Shown: positions 49,601 through 62,089, counted from the stretch's first letter. The stretch: 64,000 bases of DNA from Antedon mediterranea (GCF_964355755.1 NC_092676.1:11137888-11201887); one strand, 5' to 3'. Notes: generated from the sequence alone by a model not told the origin. A program made the numbers and translations.

Positions 49601-51264
49601 CTGTTCCTGAAAACTTAGCAGAGACTGTTATTTCTCAGTATCACGACAATTTGTTAAGTAGCCACCAAGGTACGATGCGTACTTACCTTACTATTAGGAA
49701 ATTATTTTACATGCCCCTTATGTTTGAGAAAGTCAACAATTATACCCAAGCGTGTCTTAGATGTCAACAATTTCGTCCCAAAACCGATAAATTACGTCCT
49801 TTACACGATCGAGTACCAGCAACTTACCGTCCCTTTCATACACTCAGTCTAGATTTTAAGAGTATGCCAACATCACCTTCAGGTTTTAAACATATTATGG
49901 TAGTATGTGATGAGATAACTAGATTTTTGATTTGTGTACCTTTGAAATCCATTGATGCCGAAACAATTTGTGAAGCACTAATTCAAAAGGTCATCAGTAT
50001 TTTTGGACCCCCATCTCGTCTTATTTCAGATGCAGCAACCTCCCTTACAGGAAAATTATTAACACTATTATGTAACACCCTTAATATTGATAGGAAAATC
50101 ATCAGCGTCCACAATCACGGTAGTTTACAAGTTGAACGTCATATCCGCACCGTATCGGACCTGTTAAAGGTCAACCTTAACCAATTCGGAACAGATTGGG
50201 TTAGATTTGTATCAACAACATGTTATGCTTATAACTCGTTTTCATCCCCACATCTAGGAAACCACTCCCCTTACGAATTAGTTTTTGGCCGCCAACCTCC
50301 AAGTTTGACCTCATTAGCATTTAACCCTATTTCAGGATTGTCTCATTCCTATGAAGAATACTTTGAACATCTCAAGAAGAAATTTCAAAACATTTCACAG
50401 ACAATGCTACAATTACAGCGAACACAACAAAACGTCCAACACTCAAAAATTTCCCAACGCTTAGAAAAAAGTCCAATTTACTCAGTAGGACAACTCGTAT
50501 ATTTATACAAGCCAACATCATCATCACTAACAGCAAATTCAAAGAAAATCGCCGCAGAATGGGTCGGACCATTAGTAATTCATGAAGTACTAGACAGAAC
50601 ACACTACATCCTAGCGACGATTAAAGGAGAAATACTTCGCGACGTATTCAATTATAACAGACTGAAACCCTGTTTTATGAGAACACCCAAAGAACGCAAA
50701 AATTTTACACATCTCCAAAAACTTAAACAATTGTTGAATGAACCAACTGATGATAATAACGATAAAATCCAAAACACCATTAATGTAGTAAATGACGAAA
50801 TCAATGTTGAATTTGTAGACGAACATGATAGGACACCCACCCGATTGCAATCAGATACCCTTACACATCCAACTAAGATAGAACCCCTTAACTTGCAACC
50901 TTACATTGATTGTGTAGAGAATAACATGGGATTAGCAGCTCCATTCCAAATGAAAGAAGAACAAATTAAGGAACAAACTAATTTAATTATGACAGCACCT
51001 AATGATTCAAATATGACATTAAACCGAGGTAGATTTAAAGCAGGACATTTCCAAGTTTTAGTTTCATATTCTAAACCGACTTCAGCCAAACGTAACACTG
51101 ATGAAACAAAACACGAATCTAATGATCGCAAATTTTGGTGGAATATTGACAGATATAACGATACAGATAAATTGATTAAAGAGATCATTAATGATAAACA
51201 GATACCGATAAGTGGATCGCCAAAACGATTCATAAAACGTTTGTATAATGCAACGAATTACTGA
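46651..51264 (+). CDS. pol: Pol: protease, RT, RNase H, integrase (frame open from 46549)
   Basis: LFDSGS, IDLKSAFH, LAQGL, HHDD, SDTS/ELEL/VDH/ADFLSR, HHCC, LDFK-ISDAA-VER, WVGPL. Confidence 0.96.
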   Translation: MLLNDRNYVKGNLPDGRNVLTLFDSGSTRTIISQSYVNSSLYLSRLKPVKVNTTKFRLGNGDFLYANHLVQFELFIQGHKFKISALIVKNLTGIDLILGTETLSELDGTLNFKENTFRIRPKIFSFRPVHKIFLKPGDTKTVKLKGRVPAFVRNSDVVLHATTHISKLCPSDMLVKLHRGETNIDITNNTNRNVSLNTHQPIASLHLTNLVTVTNDLPIDRIKLTNDNANKYPHLERTDPLLTLTEEEIIRKQVDLTDSVLTHREKEDLYKTLQQNRNAFSLYGELSSCPNFKADIHLSNDEPFFIRPYFATDKDKHVIEAELNKLVKLGILAVGHQSYTSPVLLVSKKNSKDKRVVTDFRYLNSRIKRINHPFPLLAETLKTIGNANAQILSVIDLKSAFHCVPLAEHAQQFTGIASYHGGKHYYYKRLAQGLNVSPGIFQAKIDEILNEIPNSREFCIAHHDDIILFSQDKFAHKQHLVSVLQALQLNGFRICPKKCKLFKNKVQYMGHTILINSSGHACITPLGDRCAAIRNLPVPRTHKETKRFIGAVNYVSHFFPQIQSILRPLHTLASKRRKFCWSTEHQKAFDEIKQLMVKPPTLQMPRKEGRFTLYSDTSRTATGSYLTQTVNGKEHIIGYYSKILPQACQRYSVTELELFGLYINVSAFRHLLKGCEFDAFVDHSAIVQIWNSKDQPCTPRLQKLILRLSGYIFQIGYKKGTELVLADFLSRAPRDDDSEIDQVVPIAFNITETESLNPITNTSTSRPVTRSYAKKMGINIPDLHKPKPVQTPVINQNPVTTNTRPTPQPTTTPQIITRQQTNAHRSPPIITPPIVTPPPIRNVNIRQPPEKRLIDKNKKSKDTTHRNVPVELYTSPKPLVPNITEFKSAHIPKQQDLDRLMDVIQRKIIRDYNLPVDVKQLRVEQETSPFFKPVYDYLVHDILPADKKAARAVQNKSEQYILCNGLLFRLFFQDKGGEFVLQLAVPENLAETVISQYHDNLLSSHQGTMRTYLTIRKLFYMPLMFEKVNNYTQACLRCQQFRPKTDKLRPLHDRVPATYRPFHTLSLDFKSMPTSPSGFKHIMVVCDEITRFLICVPLKSIDAETICEALIQKVISIFGPPSRLISDAATSLTGKLLTLLCNTLNIDRKIISVHNHGSLQVERHIRTVSDLLKVNLNQFGTDWVRFVSTTCYAYNSFSSPHLGNHSPYELVFGRQPPSLTSLAFNPISGLSHSYEEYFEHLKKKFQNISQTMLQLQRTQQNVQHSKISQRLEKSPIYSVGQLVYLYKPTSSSLTANSKKIAAEWVGPLVIHEVLDRTHYILATIKGEILRDVFNYNRLKPCFMRTPKERKNFTHLQKLKQLLNEPTDDNNDKIQNTINVVNDEINVEFVDEHDRTPTRLQSDTLTHPTKIEPLNLQPYIDCVENNMGLAAPFQMKEEQIKEQTNLIMTAPNDSNMTLNRGRFKAGHFQVLVSYSKPTSAKRNTDETKHESNDRKFWWNIDRYNDTDKLIKEIINDKQIPISGSPKRFIKRLYNATNY

Positions 51265-52168
51265 TTTAATTTTTTTTGCAAGATTTTTTTAAATTACGAC
51301 ATTTGCTAAATTAGTGATAGCATAGTCTACGTATTTGATGAGATTTGTTTAGTAATGATGTGATTTCAGTTAAAAGAGAATTGAAATTATGATTAAGTAT
51401 TGATTTTGTAACGAGTTTGATAATGATTAATTTTGAATTTTGAATGATCGATATATTGAGATATTAAAAGGAACGACAATCATTTTGTAACAAATATTTT
51501 GTTTAACCTTTGAGTCGTTAATCTCAAGCATTAATTAATTGATATACAATAACAGGAGATTTTCTTAGTACTTTTAATTGTAATTTTTTTTGACATTGAG
51601 TACAAAGGTCGAATTTGCCGACCGATTGAAATCATAATTACCTGTGAATATAAATGCTTAAATCGATAAAGTTGTGACGATAACGATATATTGTGGATAA
51701 GTTTGTGTCAACGGGACACACACATTTGTTTCTTTAAAGTTTTAAGTGATTAAGTTTGATATTTTGATTCTAGGCTAATCAGCCACAGTTTCTTGAGTTT
51801 TATGTTTTAATTTGATGATTTATGTTTGAAGACCATTAGAACGCGATAAGTTGTCGCACGAATTTGATGTATGTTCAATGTAACATACTATTTTTTTAAG
51901 TTTTGTATTTTTATTTTTAACTGATTTATGTTTGATTTACGCGAATTTTATACCAAATTCATTTTTGATTTTAATTTTTTTTAAGAGAGAGAAGAGAGAG
52001 AGTGAAAGTGATAAGGTTACACTTCAGAGTCAATGGTTTTGGCTAACTCAATTTTTGCATATATGTATAATGTTTTTTTTCTTTTATATAACTTTAATTT
52101 TGCATGCCACTATTATAACCATTTTTATATGTTAAATAGATTAGAAAAAAAAAAGGGAAACAGAGGGA

Positions 52169-52782
52169 TGTGATATAAAGATATACTTTTATATTTAAGA
52201 AATTGACCTTTGTATCGGAATTTAAGTAGGTTCACAAACTTGACCCAGAAAGTCCAAAGGAGAGTTTGTCCAGATGTTTTAATGACCATTTAGTTTATAA
52301 TAGAATCCCTAAAGAAAACACTTAGCTTAATTTTGTGACTTTCCCATCGTTAAACCAGGAGTGATCGACACTATTTAAGTACAGATTTGACAGTGTCATC
52401 CATCACAGAAATACCTTATTATACCGTTAATCACTCCCACTTAAACACCCCTGGATCAACTTAGGACCAATCGTTACCCTCACAGATGATGTAATGACAT
52501 TATGCAAATGAACTGAGCCAATATACTCCCAAGTTTCAGAAGGGCCTAGAGACACCTTACAGCCACCTCACGGAGCACACACCTTACAGCCACTTCTCCA
52601 GAAGCAGACTAACACACTTCACACCTCACCGACAGCATCATTGATCCTCCGCGTTCCTTATCTATACTTATAGTTGTATATTGTACTGAAGTATTATACT
52701 GAATAAATAATATATGTGTTACGACAGTCAAGCGAGTTAGAGTCTTTCATTAGTACCTCAACAACCCAAACATTATATTACA
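52169..52782 (+). repeat. 3' LTR
   Basis: Direct repeat of 44261-44870, preceded by the PPT. Confidence 0.96.
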
Positions 52783-52935
52783 ATATTTAGCTCTCATAGT
52801 GTATTATGATGCACGAGCACATATAGCGCATCTCGGAGGGTTAAGTCGAGTCGCAACAAAATTGATGAAACGCGTAATAGTTTTGCGGTAATGATTATTC
52901 ATTCATAAAGGTTATGAAATAATTAATTTAAACAA

Positions 52936-53216
52936 GTTATTACAAAGTGATACAGCAGTTATTACAAAGAGTGACAGCTTTTGTTATTACAAAGTGCGAC
53001 TGGCAGTTATTACAAAGTGCGACAGCTCGATTGTTACAAAGTGCTACAGCAGTTATTACAAAGTGCGACAGGTTATTACAAAGTGAGAAAGTTTTGTTAC
53101 AAAATGCGACAGGTATTACAAAGTGCGACAGGTTATTACAAAGTGAGAAAGTTTTGTTACAAAGTGCGACAGGTATTACAAAGTGCGACAGGTATATTAC
53201 AAAGTGCGACAGTACA
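52936..53216. repeat. Minisatellite (GTTATTACAAAGTGCGACAG, ~18-23 bp), probable subterminal array of a DNA element
   Basis: About 13 degenerate units ending ...CGACAGTACA; no partner end found. Confidence 0.8.
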
Positions 53217-53599
53217 AACGTTAAATATATATTTCATAAGACCAGTTAAGATTGAATCAGATCGAAGTTGTTTAAATAAATATTGTAGCTTTGTTTTCTT
53301 TTATTTATTATTTAATTTTTTTTTTCTTTTTCGTATTTAATGTTATACCTTGGGGTGGGTCAAATTTAAAGTCTTTATGACACATGATTACTTCATTGTA
53401 TTTATTATCCTGTACGTTATTATAATGTGGAAATCAATTAAATTAAAATAAATTATTCCAACTTTTTCTAGCCGTTTAGTCCATAAGGACATTGAAGTGC
53501 CGTGAGATAAGAGAAGACTTTCCAATTATCAATGACAATGAATGAAAGAAATATTGTTGTCAGGAAAAAGAAATGGATTTTGTAAAGTAATGAGTATTA

Positions 53600-54900
53600 C
53601 TAAGAAACTATGGGGAAGAATTGTATCAGGATAATACATGATGGGCCGAGAAATTTACCTGATGTAGAAGAAATAGTGTTTGAAAAAATAAGTGAATACA
53701 AGAGGGGAGAAAGAAGGAAGAATAATCTTATTTTTATTGAATTGAGGAATCCCAAAGTAAAAACCCAGACACAAGAAAACAGGACGACACAGATCAGTTG
53801 AATGAGACCTTGCGTCGCAAATTAGATGTAGGCCTACAGAAGTACGAAGTTAAAGCAGTTTACTGACTTGGGAAAAGAGATTCAGAAAAATGCAGACCGT
53901 TGAAAGTAGTGATGGATCAAGTCAGTACATGTTATGAAGTCTTAACAAAACTGAGAAATATAAAGCACTTAGAATGGAACTTAAAGAGAGATTAGATAGT
54001 GGAGAAAAAAATCTCGGAATTAGAAACTATAAAATAGTTCATCGTAGTTTTCGGACCACTGACAGAGCCGAGTAGAAGAAATTTAAATCTACAGAAAAAT
54101 TTAAGTTTTAATGTTTCAAGTACCACAAACAGTTCTGAGGGGAAAAAACAGACCTCAACTCTCATAAATCACAAAACCGTCAAGAAAAAATAAATACTAT
54201 TTTTGTTAAAGAAATATCATTTAATGAAAAGAGAAAAAGAAATAGTAACATTACATTTATGTATACAAACTGCGACTCAATTTTAAACAAGAGAGATGAA
54301 TTTAAGTCCAGATATAATTTTGCTAACCGAAATATTGCCCAAACACTCTCTGTACCAAGTAAAAAAAAATTAATTGGATATTGAAAAGTATAATTTGTTT
54401 TATTCTGAGAATAAAAGTTATTTATTAGTTTCTGTTATTGACTTTGAGAGCGATTTTGAAGAATCACTGTGATGGCAGTCAAAGAATGGTAATCGGTTGC
54501 ATGTACAGAAGCCCCAACAGCACCATGGAAAATAATTTAAAAATTAGAGAGCAATTTGGCAGAGTGAATATGATCAAATGTGATTACTTAATTTTGGCCG
54601 GTGACTTCAATTTTGGTAACGTTTGTTGGCCAGACGAGAAAATTTATTAAGGCGAAAAGATTGAAAGTCAACGTTTTCTTGATATTATTAAAGATCTGTT
54701 CTGGTACCAGCACATTACAGTACCCACTCGATCTGGCCAATAACCAAGTCTATATGATCTAATTTTTTCCAAAAATGCAGATGATGTAGAAGATATAAAT
54801 ATTAAACCACCTTTAGGGAAAAGTGACCACGCAATTGTTACCTTTAAAGTGTAAGTTGAGGGTCAGGAAAGAAGGGAACATGTGGTGGCTCGAAACTATT
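53600..54900 (+). pseudogene. Degraded CR1-type LINE (ORF1 end + AP endonuclease)
   Basis: RRKNNLI, LGKR...RPLKV, YTNCDSILNKRDEF, IGCMYRSPNS, AGDFNF, PLGKSDH. Confidence 0.78.
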
Positions 54901-55146
54901 ATAGGGTAGAGTATGATAATAATGAGGCAAGCTTAAATAAACCAGACGTTAAACATTTTTATGAAATAATGGCCGCCATTTTTGAAAAAATATTTTAAGT
55001 TTATGACATTAAAAGATGTTATGGAGATAGAAATTCAATCATAAAAGTAACAACAAATGTTCAAATAATATTTCACATCATTTATGTAATGGAACAAGCC
55101 AAAATGGCCGCCATTATGCCCAAAATGGCTGCCATTTTATCTAAAA

Positions 55147-57695
55147 CTAGATGGCACGCTCGCTTCGCTCGCGTACCATCTAGGGGTGCTCACAGATGGT
55201 TCTCGAATACAGTAGAATCCACGGACGGGGACTTTTTTGGGACACTAAACAAAAACGGAAGTGTCCCCCTAATTGGGGTATTCAGAAATAGAGACAACAA
55301 AACCAATACTGGATTCCATAAAGGACAATTAATTTATGTGGATTAAAGAAATTAGGGAGAAATGGAAATGTATGTACGGGAATTGGGCGGCAGCACGTGG
55401 TGGTGGTGATGGAACCGCAGTAATAAAGTTGATTGTATTTATATATTATAAGAACCAAACTAAATAAATAGACCTAGACATTCTGCGAAATGGAAATCGG
55501 AAATTCAAGCTCCTATTCAGTGAAAAATTAAACTGTAGTCTACCTAAATATTTAGGGCAAATCATCGGTTGTGGTGTTGAACTTCCTGTAAACATTTGTG
55601 TGAACCAAACTGGGTCGAATTTCTGTCATGAGTACTGATTTGTTGGCCTGTGATTTATGACGCCTAAGGGATCTATCTAGACTTATTTTTTAGAATAATG
55701 TACGTACCTGTCAGATACAATTGTCTTGTGTCGTATAATAAATAAGTACTGTAATAGTTACTGAAGTTACTATTACAATCTCGTCAATGAAAACACGAAA
55801 ATGTATATGCACTTACTTATGAAAACGTATACAGTATTATACTCAGTTATTGAAACAGTAGGTTTAAAAAAGTTTCGTTTGTCTGTAAAATGATGTAATC
55901 AAGCTGTTTACATGAGTCTTAATTTATAAGCACATCAATAATAAAATAGTTTATCTATCCTGTAATTGCCGAGATTATGGTCGCTGTTGAATGAAATAAA
56001 GCCAATTGGTACTAATTTGTACAGAAACGTTTTCGCGGCCGAAGGGTGTAACCTAAATTCGTTGTATTATTATTATCGTCTAGAACTAACTGTAACTACA
56101 TAGAAAGTAGGGTATCATAAATTTGGCCTTAGCACTCGGGGGAGTGGCTAAGATGAAGTCCGTGGGACTACTAAATATAAATTGTAATGAACCTCGAGGG
56201 ACATAAATAGGAATATTTCATGTTTCATTATCAATGTATAATAAATGGAAACTGTTTACCGATTCAAATAATAGAAATTGGTTTTTAACATTTTCCGAAC
56301 CTATTGCAAGTTTATTCTCAAAGGGCCCATATATTTACCTACCGTATGTGTTAAACCAAGGGCTCATAAATTTACCTACAGTACTTGTGTTAAACCAAAC
56401 TACTGGATGTTCCATTCATCGCAAATCAATACATTTGTATAATCGTATATTAAATCTATCAAAATAGTATTTTTTAAAGAAAATCGGCCTGTCTTCAACA
56501 TTATGATGGTGTACTCTAGCAATCTATCAAAATAGTATTTTTTTAAAGAAAATCGGCCTGTCTTCAACATTATGATGGTGTACTCTAGCTGTTCAACCGG
56601 TTTTCAGCTATTAAAAACAATTATCGTAGGAGGAGATAGGAAAATGCGAAGCCTTCTCGCTATGTAACATTAGGGTTGAGGGATGGGAAAGCAGATAGGT
56701 ACAAAGAGGAACAATTTTTAAATATATTCTTTATCCACTGAGTAACGAAATATTTTGTTCATGTTTTATAGGCCTATAAATAATATACCTCTAAATACAG
56801 TAGGCCTAAAACATTTGCGATTTAATACTTTGTTAAAATTGTCACTGTCATAATCGATTGAAATATTAAAGTACATGTCACGATACACCACTACGACGTT
56901 TATATTTTTGGTAATTATTAATTAATACAAACGTTGAGAAGGAACTGTCAGTATAAAGTTTATTTGTATATCTAACAGTAGAGCCTATCCACAGTCTCAG
57001 TAATAAAGTTTATTTGTATATATTTTTATATTACATCTAACAGTACGAACATTCACAGTAAGAAATGTTCGATTCAAATGAAAAATAGTTAATAGGTATT
57101 TACAGTATTGTCAAAGTATTGCAAGTTTATTCTCAAAGGGCCCATATATTTACCTACCGTATGTGTTAAACCAAGGGCTCATAAATTTACCTACAGTACT
57201 TGTGTTAAACCAACTCTGGCAGACTGAGAGATTGGGATGTTCCATTCATCGCAAATCAATACATTTGTATAATCGTATATTAAATCTATCAAAATAGTAT
57301 TTTTTAAAGAAAATCGGCCTGTCTTCAACATTATGATGGTGTACTCTAGCTGTTCAACCGGTTTTCAGCTATTAAAAACAATTATCGTAGGAGGAGATAG
57401 AAAAATGCGAAGCCTCCTCGCATTTTTTTGGCGGGTATTTTTCAAGATGGACATCCATTAGACAGTGTATACCACGATCGGAAAACACCCCTATTTGGGG
57501 CAAATCTTTGAACCTAAATTCGTTTTAATCGTCAATAACTAATTATCTAACTCAATTTAATTAGTAAACAGGGTTACATCAGGCGGTTAAAATAAGTACC
57601 GAAAGTACGAACCAACTTTACATACCATCGAGTGAAAATTCTAGAAGTAAGGCGCGATTTACCGAATTTTGCCCTTACGTAAATTTATATATAGA
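55147..57695 (-). mobile_element. Complete non-autonomous Helitron (family A, 2549 bp)
   Basis: Minus strand A|TCTATATATAAAT... 5' end; 3' hairpin GATGGTACGCGAGCGAAGCGAGCGTGCCATC ending in CTAG|T; no TSD; the flanks rejoin to the host motif CTAAAA|TGGCC. Confidence 0.88.
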
Positions 57696-58932
57696 TGGCC
57701 ACATATATCAATCAAAAATTTTGTTTAAACTTTTATTTACATATATTTGGTAAACATTGGATATGTTGTAGAATAGACATCACTGTATCCAAAAAGTATT
57801 TGCTCCATTTTTTTCATACATAAGGGGGTTTGGCGGAGATTTTAAAATGGCCGCCATTTTTAACAACATTGTTTATACAAGTAAGTAAATATTGTAAGTA
57901 AATGATGTTATTGAGAAAACAAATCACTCGCATAAGTAATAATATTTCACATCATTCTTGTAACAGAACAAGCCAAAATGGCCGCCATTCAATCCAAAAT
58001 GGCCACCATTTTTATTTTTTTAAATATGCAATATATTATATTTATAATAGCTAGACAATACACACAAGTTATAAATGCTTTATAATTACAATCGTAGCTG
58101 ATTCAATAATTAATAATATATTTTTATTTGAACTAGAAGTAATTTTGACACTACTAGCTTTCCATACTAACATAATTATGCATGTGGATTTCTGGCTGTC
58201 AAGTGACAGTCAAAGGTCTGCTCTGATAGGATAAAAGTTTTTAATCACATGTTTGACAGAATTTGTGGGTCGAGATTGTAGAATGGTATTGTAGGTGATT
58301 GGTACAAATGTTGATAATATTAATTAGGTATGTATATCAATATCAAAATGTTAATCATGTGACAGGGCTAGGGCGTTATTTACATTAATTAGGTCTAATG
58401 TGTGACTTATGAGTTAGTGGCCTAGCCCTAGGAATGGCATATGCCTAGCTACATAACCTTTGAGTCTTCTTTCAGCACAATAATGTTAACATAATGGTGT
58501 AGCTGATTGTATCTGTATCTATTTTCCTCTGGAGTTGATATATATCATTTCCTACACCTTGTGGAGTATTTTGTTAATTAATTATTTTGTTAATTAACTA
58601 TTTTCTTAAAAATTGGTATCAAAACTGTGCTGTAAGCTAGGCCCAGTATCTATTGTTTGTGTTGCTTTGTTTACCTGCTTCACTACCTTCTCTCACCCTT
58701 GGTGGTGGTACAGTTGCCTGGTTGTGATTTGATTTGATTGAATTGACTGGCTTAGGCCTAGTTTTGATTGGTGTCTTATTTTACTTCACTTTATTGACTG
58801 ATTGCGTAGAGCAGTGAGCAAGTACATGCAGTTTTCTTGAACGTTTCTTGCACTCCAAAGAGGAAGAAACTTACAAAATATACATAATTAGCGTGGGAAA
58901 TCAACGAAGTTGCGGACCAATAACAGGTTTAA

Positions 58933-61781
58933 AGATGTATTGTCCCCCTGAACAAAAATTTTTTTTTTTTTAAAGGCCATTTTAATGATACATAAAAGTT
59001 ATTCACTTTGAAAAAAAATTGGATCAAAAAAAAAAATTATTTACCTTAGAAAATCGTAATTTAAAGTAAAAAATAGTCAACCGGAAGTCGGTTGGCTGGC
59101 AGCCAGCTGGCTTCCGGTTTAATTTAACCCTTGACCTGAATTAGCTTATGAATTATGCATATTGTATGATTCTTGTGCGTGTATGTGACCTCTAGGTCAT
59201 CAGAAAAAAAATACGACGTGATATGGCGAGACGACGATGTGGGAAAGTTCTGTAGTTTAACAACAAAAAAAACAACTCCTACTTGAAGAAAAGACTATGG
59301 CTAGGCCCTAGCAGATTGGTAAGTAAGAACTGTAGTTTCTATGGTGCAGCTTTGTTAGTTAGTATAGGAAGCCTAGCTAGCCCATTACAGCTGTACTGGC
59401 TATCTAGTGTACTATCCCCTATCTATTGGCTAGGCCTACTAGAGTAGTAGCTAGTCTAGTAGTGGTAGTAGTACTAGGCCTAGTTGTAGGCCTGAGTGAG
59501 GGTTCACCCTGAGTGAGTAGCAGGCCTAGCTAATACTAATAGATACAACTTGTAAGCCTTATTAATAGTTATTGCCAACCTAGCTTTAAATAGGATTAGG
59601 CCTATAACATTCATCTGTGAGCATGGAGTAAGGAATAAGGTTTTAGCATGGAGGTATAAAAATAAAATATTTTATACCTCCATGGTTTTATTGTGACTTG
59701 TGTGAATTTCGACACCACCAACTCGTCTTATTTTTAGTATAATACTATAATATTAATAATAGTCTTTAATTTATCATTATTCATATCACTTTTCATTCAT
59801 TTTAAAACATTTAATTTTCTTTTCTATGTACGGAGTTTGTGATTAAAAAAAATTATACATAAGAGCAGCGAAACTCAAAAAGCGAAAACTTGTGAATGGC
59901 TGCCAAAAATAGAAAATAAGGTCACCACCAGGGCCAGGAGAGATTATGGTGCTTGGTTTTTCCTTCATGATTAATTAGATTTTAATGCTAATATAAATTT
60001 GTGAAAATTGTAACTAGGCCTATACTGTACATCCAATAATGTAATTATTTTAGAGAAAATGACCAAATAATCTAAGTTGAATATTTTTTGGAATGTGTAC
60101 TTTACAGTACTTAGTACCGTTATGTTGAAAATTCTTCCAAAGCAATAACGTTCAAACCAACATTCACACAATTAAACTTTTTATGTACATATTTTAATAA
60201 ATAATGTCTTTCTTTTAATAGGTATTAACACACTTGAATGAACAATATGAGCAAGTAGTGGAAAATGGTGAAGAAATCAACACAAAATGTGGTAGCAACA
60301 TTCACAATATTTATTTGAACGTTTCTTACTATGACACTTTAAAATGGATGAACAATCACAGAAGACAAGCTATTGCTGTAATGCCACAATCAACACATCA
60401 ATTAATAGTTGAAAATAAATTGTCAACAATAATGCAGAAATTCAATGAAATATACTAGTAATTAATAACTCATTTTTTACTGTACTGTACTGTAAATCTT
60501 CACACATTAAAATTATGGTGATTTTATCTCATGTACACAGTACTGTAGTAGTATTTTTTATTTATTTAATGCTGTATACAAATGTTATTGCTCTAATTAT
60601 GAAAACTATACAACATTTTAAAAGCTGGAAAACAACCAACACATTTGCCTAATGCTTTATGATAGTCATCCAATATTTATCTTGTGTTCCACTACCGAGT
60701 CTACTGCCAGTTGCCTTTAAAATGCTGTATGGGTGTAACTTCTGTTCCAGTCTTTATTAGCTTAAGTCTATAAATTGAAAAACAATGATGTATAAATACA
60801 AAAGTCAAATAGAAAAGTTAAATATTTCACAATTTATTGCATACATATAATTATTATTTCTGTACATGAATCTGAAGTTTTCAATTTGGGGTACTAATGT
60901 ACAGTAAGGAATCCCTGAAAAGTGCATCTCCTCCTTAAAAAAGGCCTAGTCTAATTACTAGTGTTTTCGTTTTGGTTGCTATCAACAACAATCTATTCTA
61001 CCGTCAACTTCTTTGGTACTGTATGCTGATCATTTTCCAAATGTTCGTTTTTTGTCATCAGTTAGTCTTTTTTAGACTTTAAAATTAATTCGAGCTCCAA
61101 ATGTATATCAGTGGTACATCAACATAGTAGGTCTATTTCCTGTAGCTAGTTGTGGAGTGATGGCTTAGCTAGGTGAGTACGACATATAGGACCTAGCTAG
61201 GCCTCAAAGTGGGTTCCCGTCTACTTTTCTGACCCGATTATCTGCCTGCCTACAGCTGCTGATACACTACCCTACACAGTAGTAACTAACTAGGCCTAGG
61301 CCCTACTAGATAGTAGAAGTAGGCTTATATTATAGCCCTAGCCTAGATAGCTAAGCCTATAACTATACGCCAAAAACTATTATAGGAGGATGTGTCATTC
61401 ATCTAAAATAGAATTCTACTTACCAGCAAATTAACGGCAGAGCTTTTTACATCATACGATCAGGGAAACCCCAGCACTTTCTTCTGTTCTTCGCACATGT
61501 TTGTTTACGTGGTGAACAGATCGGATCTCCCCTGTTTGGATACTCATTAACATATCATGCATATTTATGAGCTGTTAGCTAACCATCGTTATTTTGGAAT
61601 TTCTGAACTTATGAGTTCGAAAAAATGGTAAACTTATTTTGATTTTTTATAAGCGAAATCAATATTTTTTTCGGATTTTTTTTCGGCGAAAGTGAATAAC
61701 TTTATTATAACTACAAAATGGTCTATTCAAAATTTGATTTTTTTCATCTTTATTTTTCATGTTTTGGGGGACAATACAACT
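58933..61781. mobile_element. Non-autonomous Kolobok-like element
   Basis: TTAA TSD (58929-58932 / 61782-61785); 16-bp TIR AGATGTATTGTCCCCC / GGGGGACAATACAACT (15/16). Confidence 0.82.
59647..59684. mobile_element. 38-bp palindrome with 7-bp TSD (probable P-type excision footprint)
   Basis: CATGGAGGTATAAAAATA-aaa-TATTTTATACCTCCATG; flanks GTTTTAG / GTTTTAT (6/7). Confidence 0.75.
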
Positions 61782-62089
61782 TTAAACTTTTGGGTTTGTT
61801 TGCTGAAGTCTTTTTATAAATTCTACGCTCAATTAGCTGACATAAATCCAAAACAATTTGTCGATACCCAGGTTGGTTTTTACACAGTGTGGCAGGCAAT
61901 TCGCGCCATTCGACACCCAGTGTGTGGCCTGTCATCGGGTATTGACAAACTGCAAGCCATGGATTCATTGGAGTCAGTGGAGTCAACGGCCCACGTGACC
62001 ATGTTAATTGCAATTCAATCGAGTAAGTACGAAGTGTAACTACACTATTGTACCAAAAGTGCGAGGCACCATAAAACATACTAAATTAT

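Larger units (their letters stand above)
44261..52782 (+). mobile_element. Full-length, young Ty3/Gypsy LTR retrotransposon (8.5 kb)
   Basis: LTRs of 610/614 bp with TG...CA ends, TSD ATAT (44257-44260 / 52783-52786), TGG-initiated PBS at 44871, PPT 52143-52168, intact gag and pol. Confidence 0.97.

Noticed and set aside
46773-51233. Antisense ORFs within pol and other TE ORFs
   Set aside because: Shadow frames with no recognisable motifs.
51265-52142. env gene in the intact Gypsy
   Set aside because: No substantial ORF; T-rich non-coding sequence.
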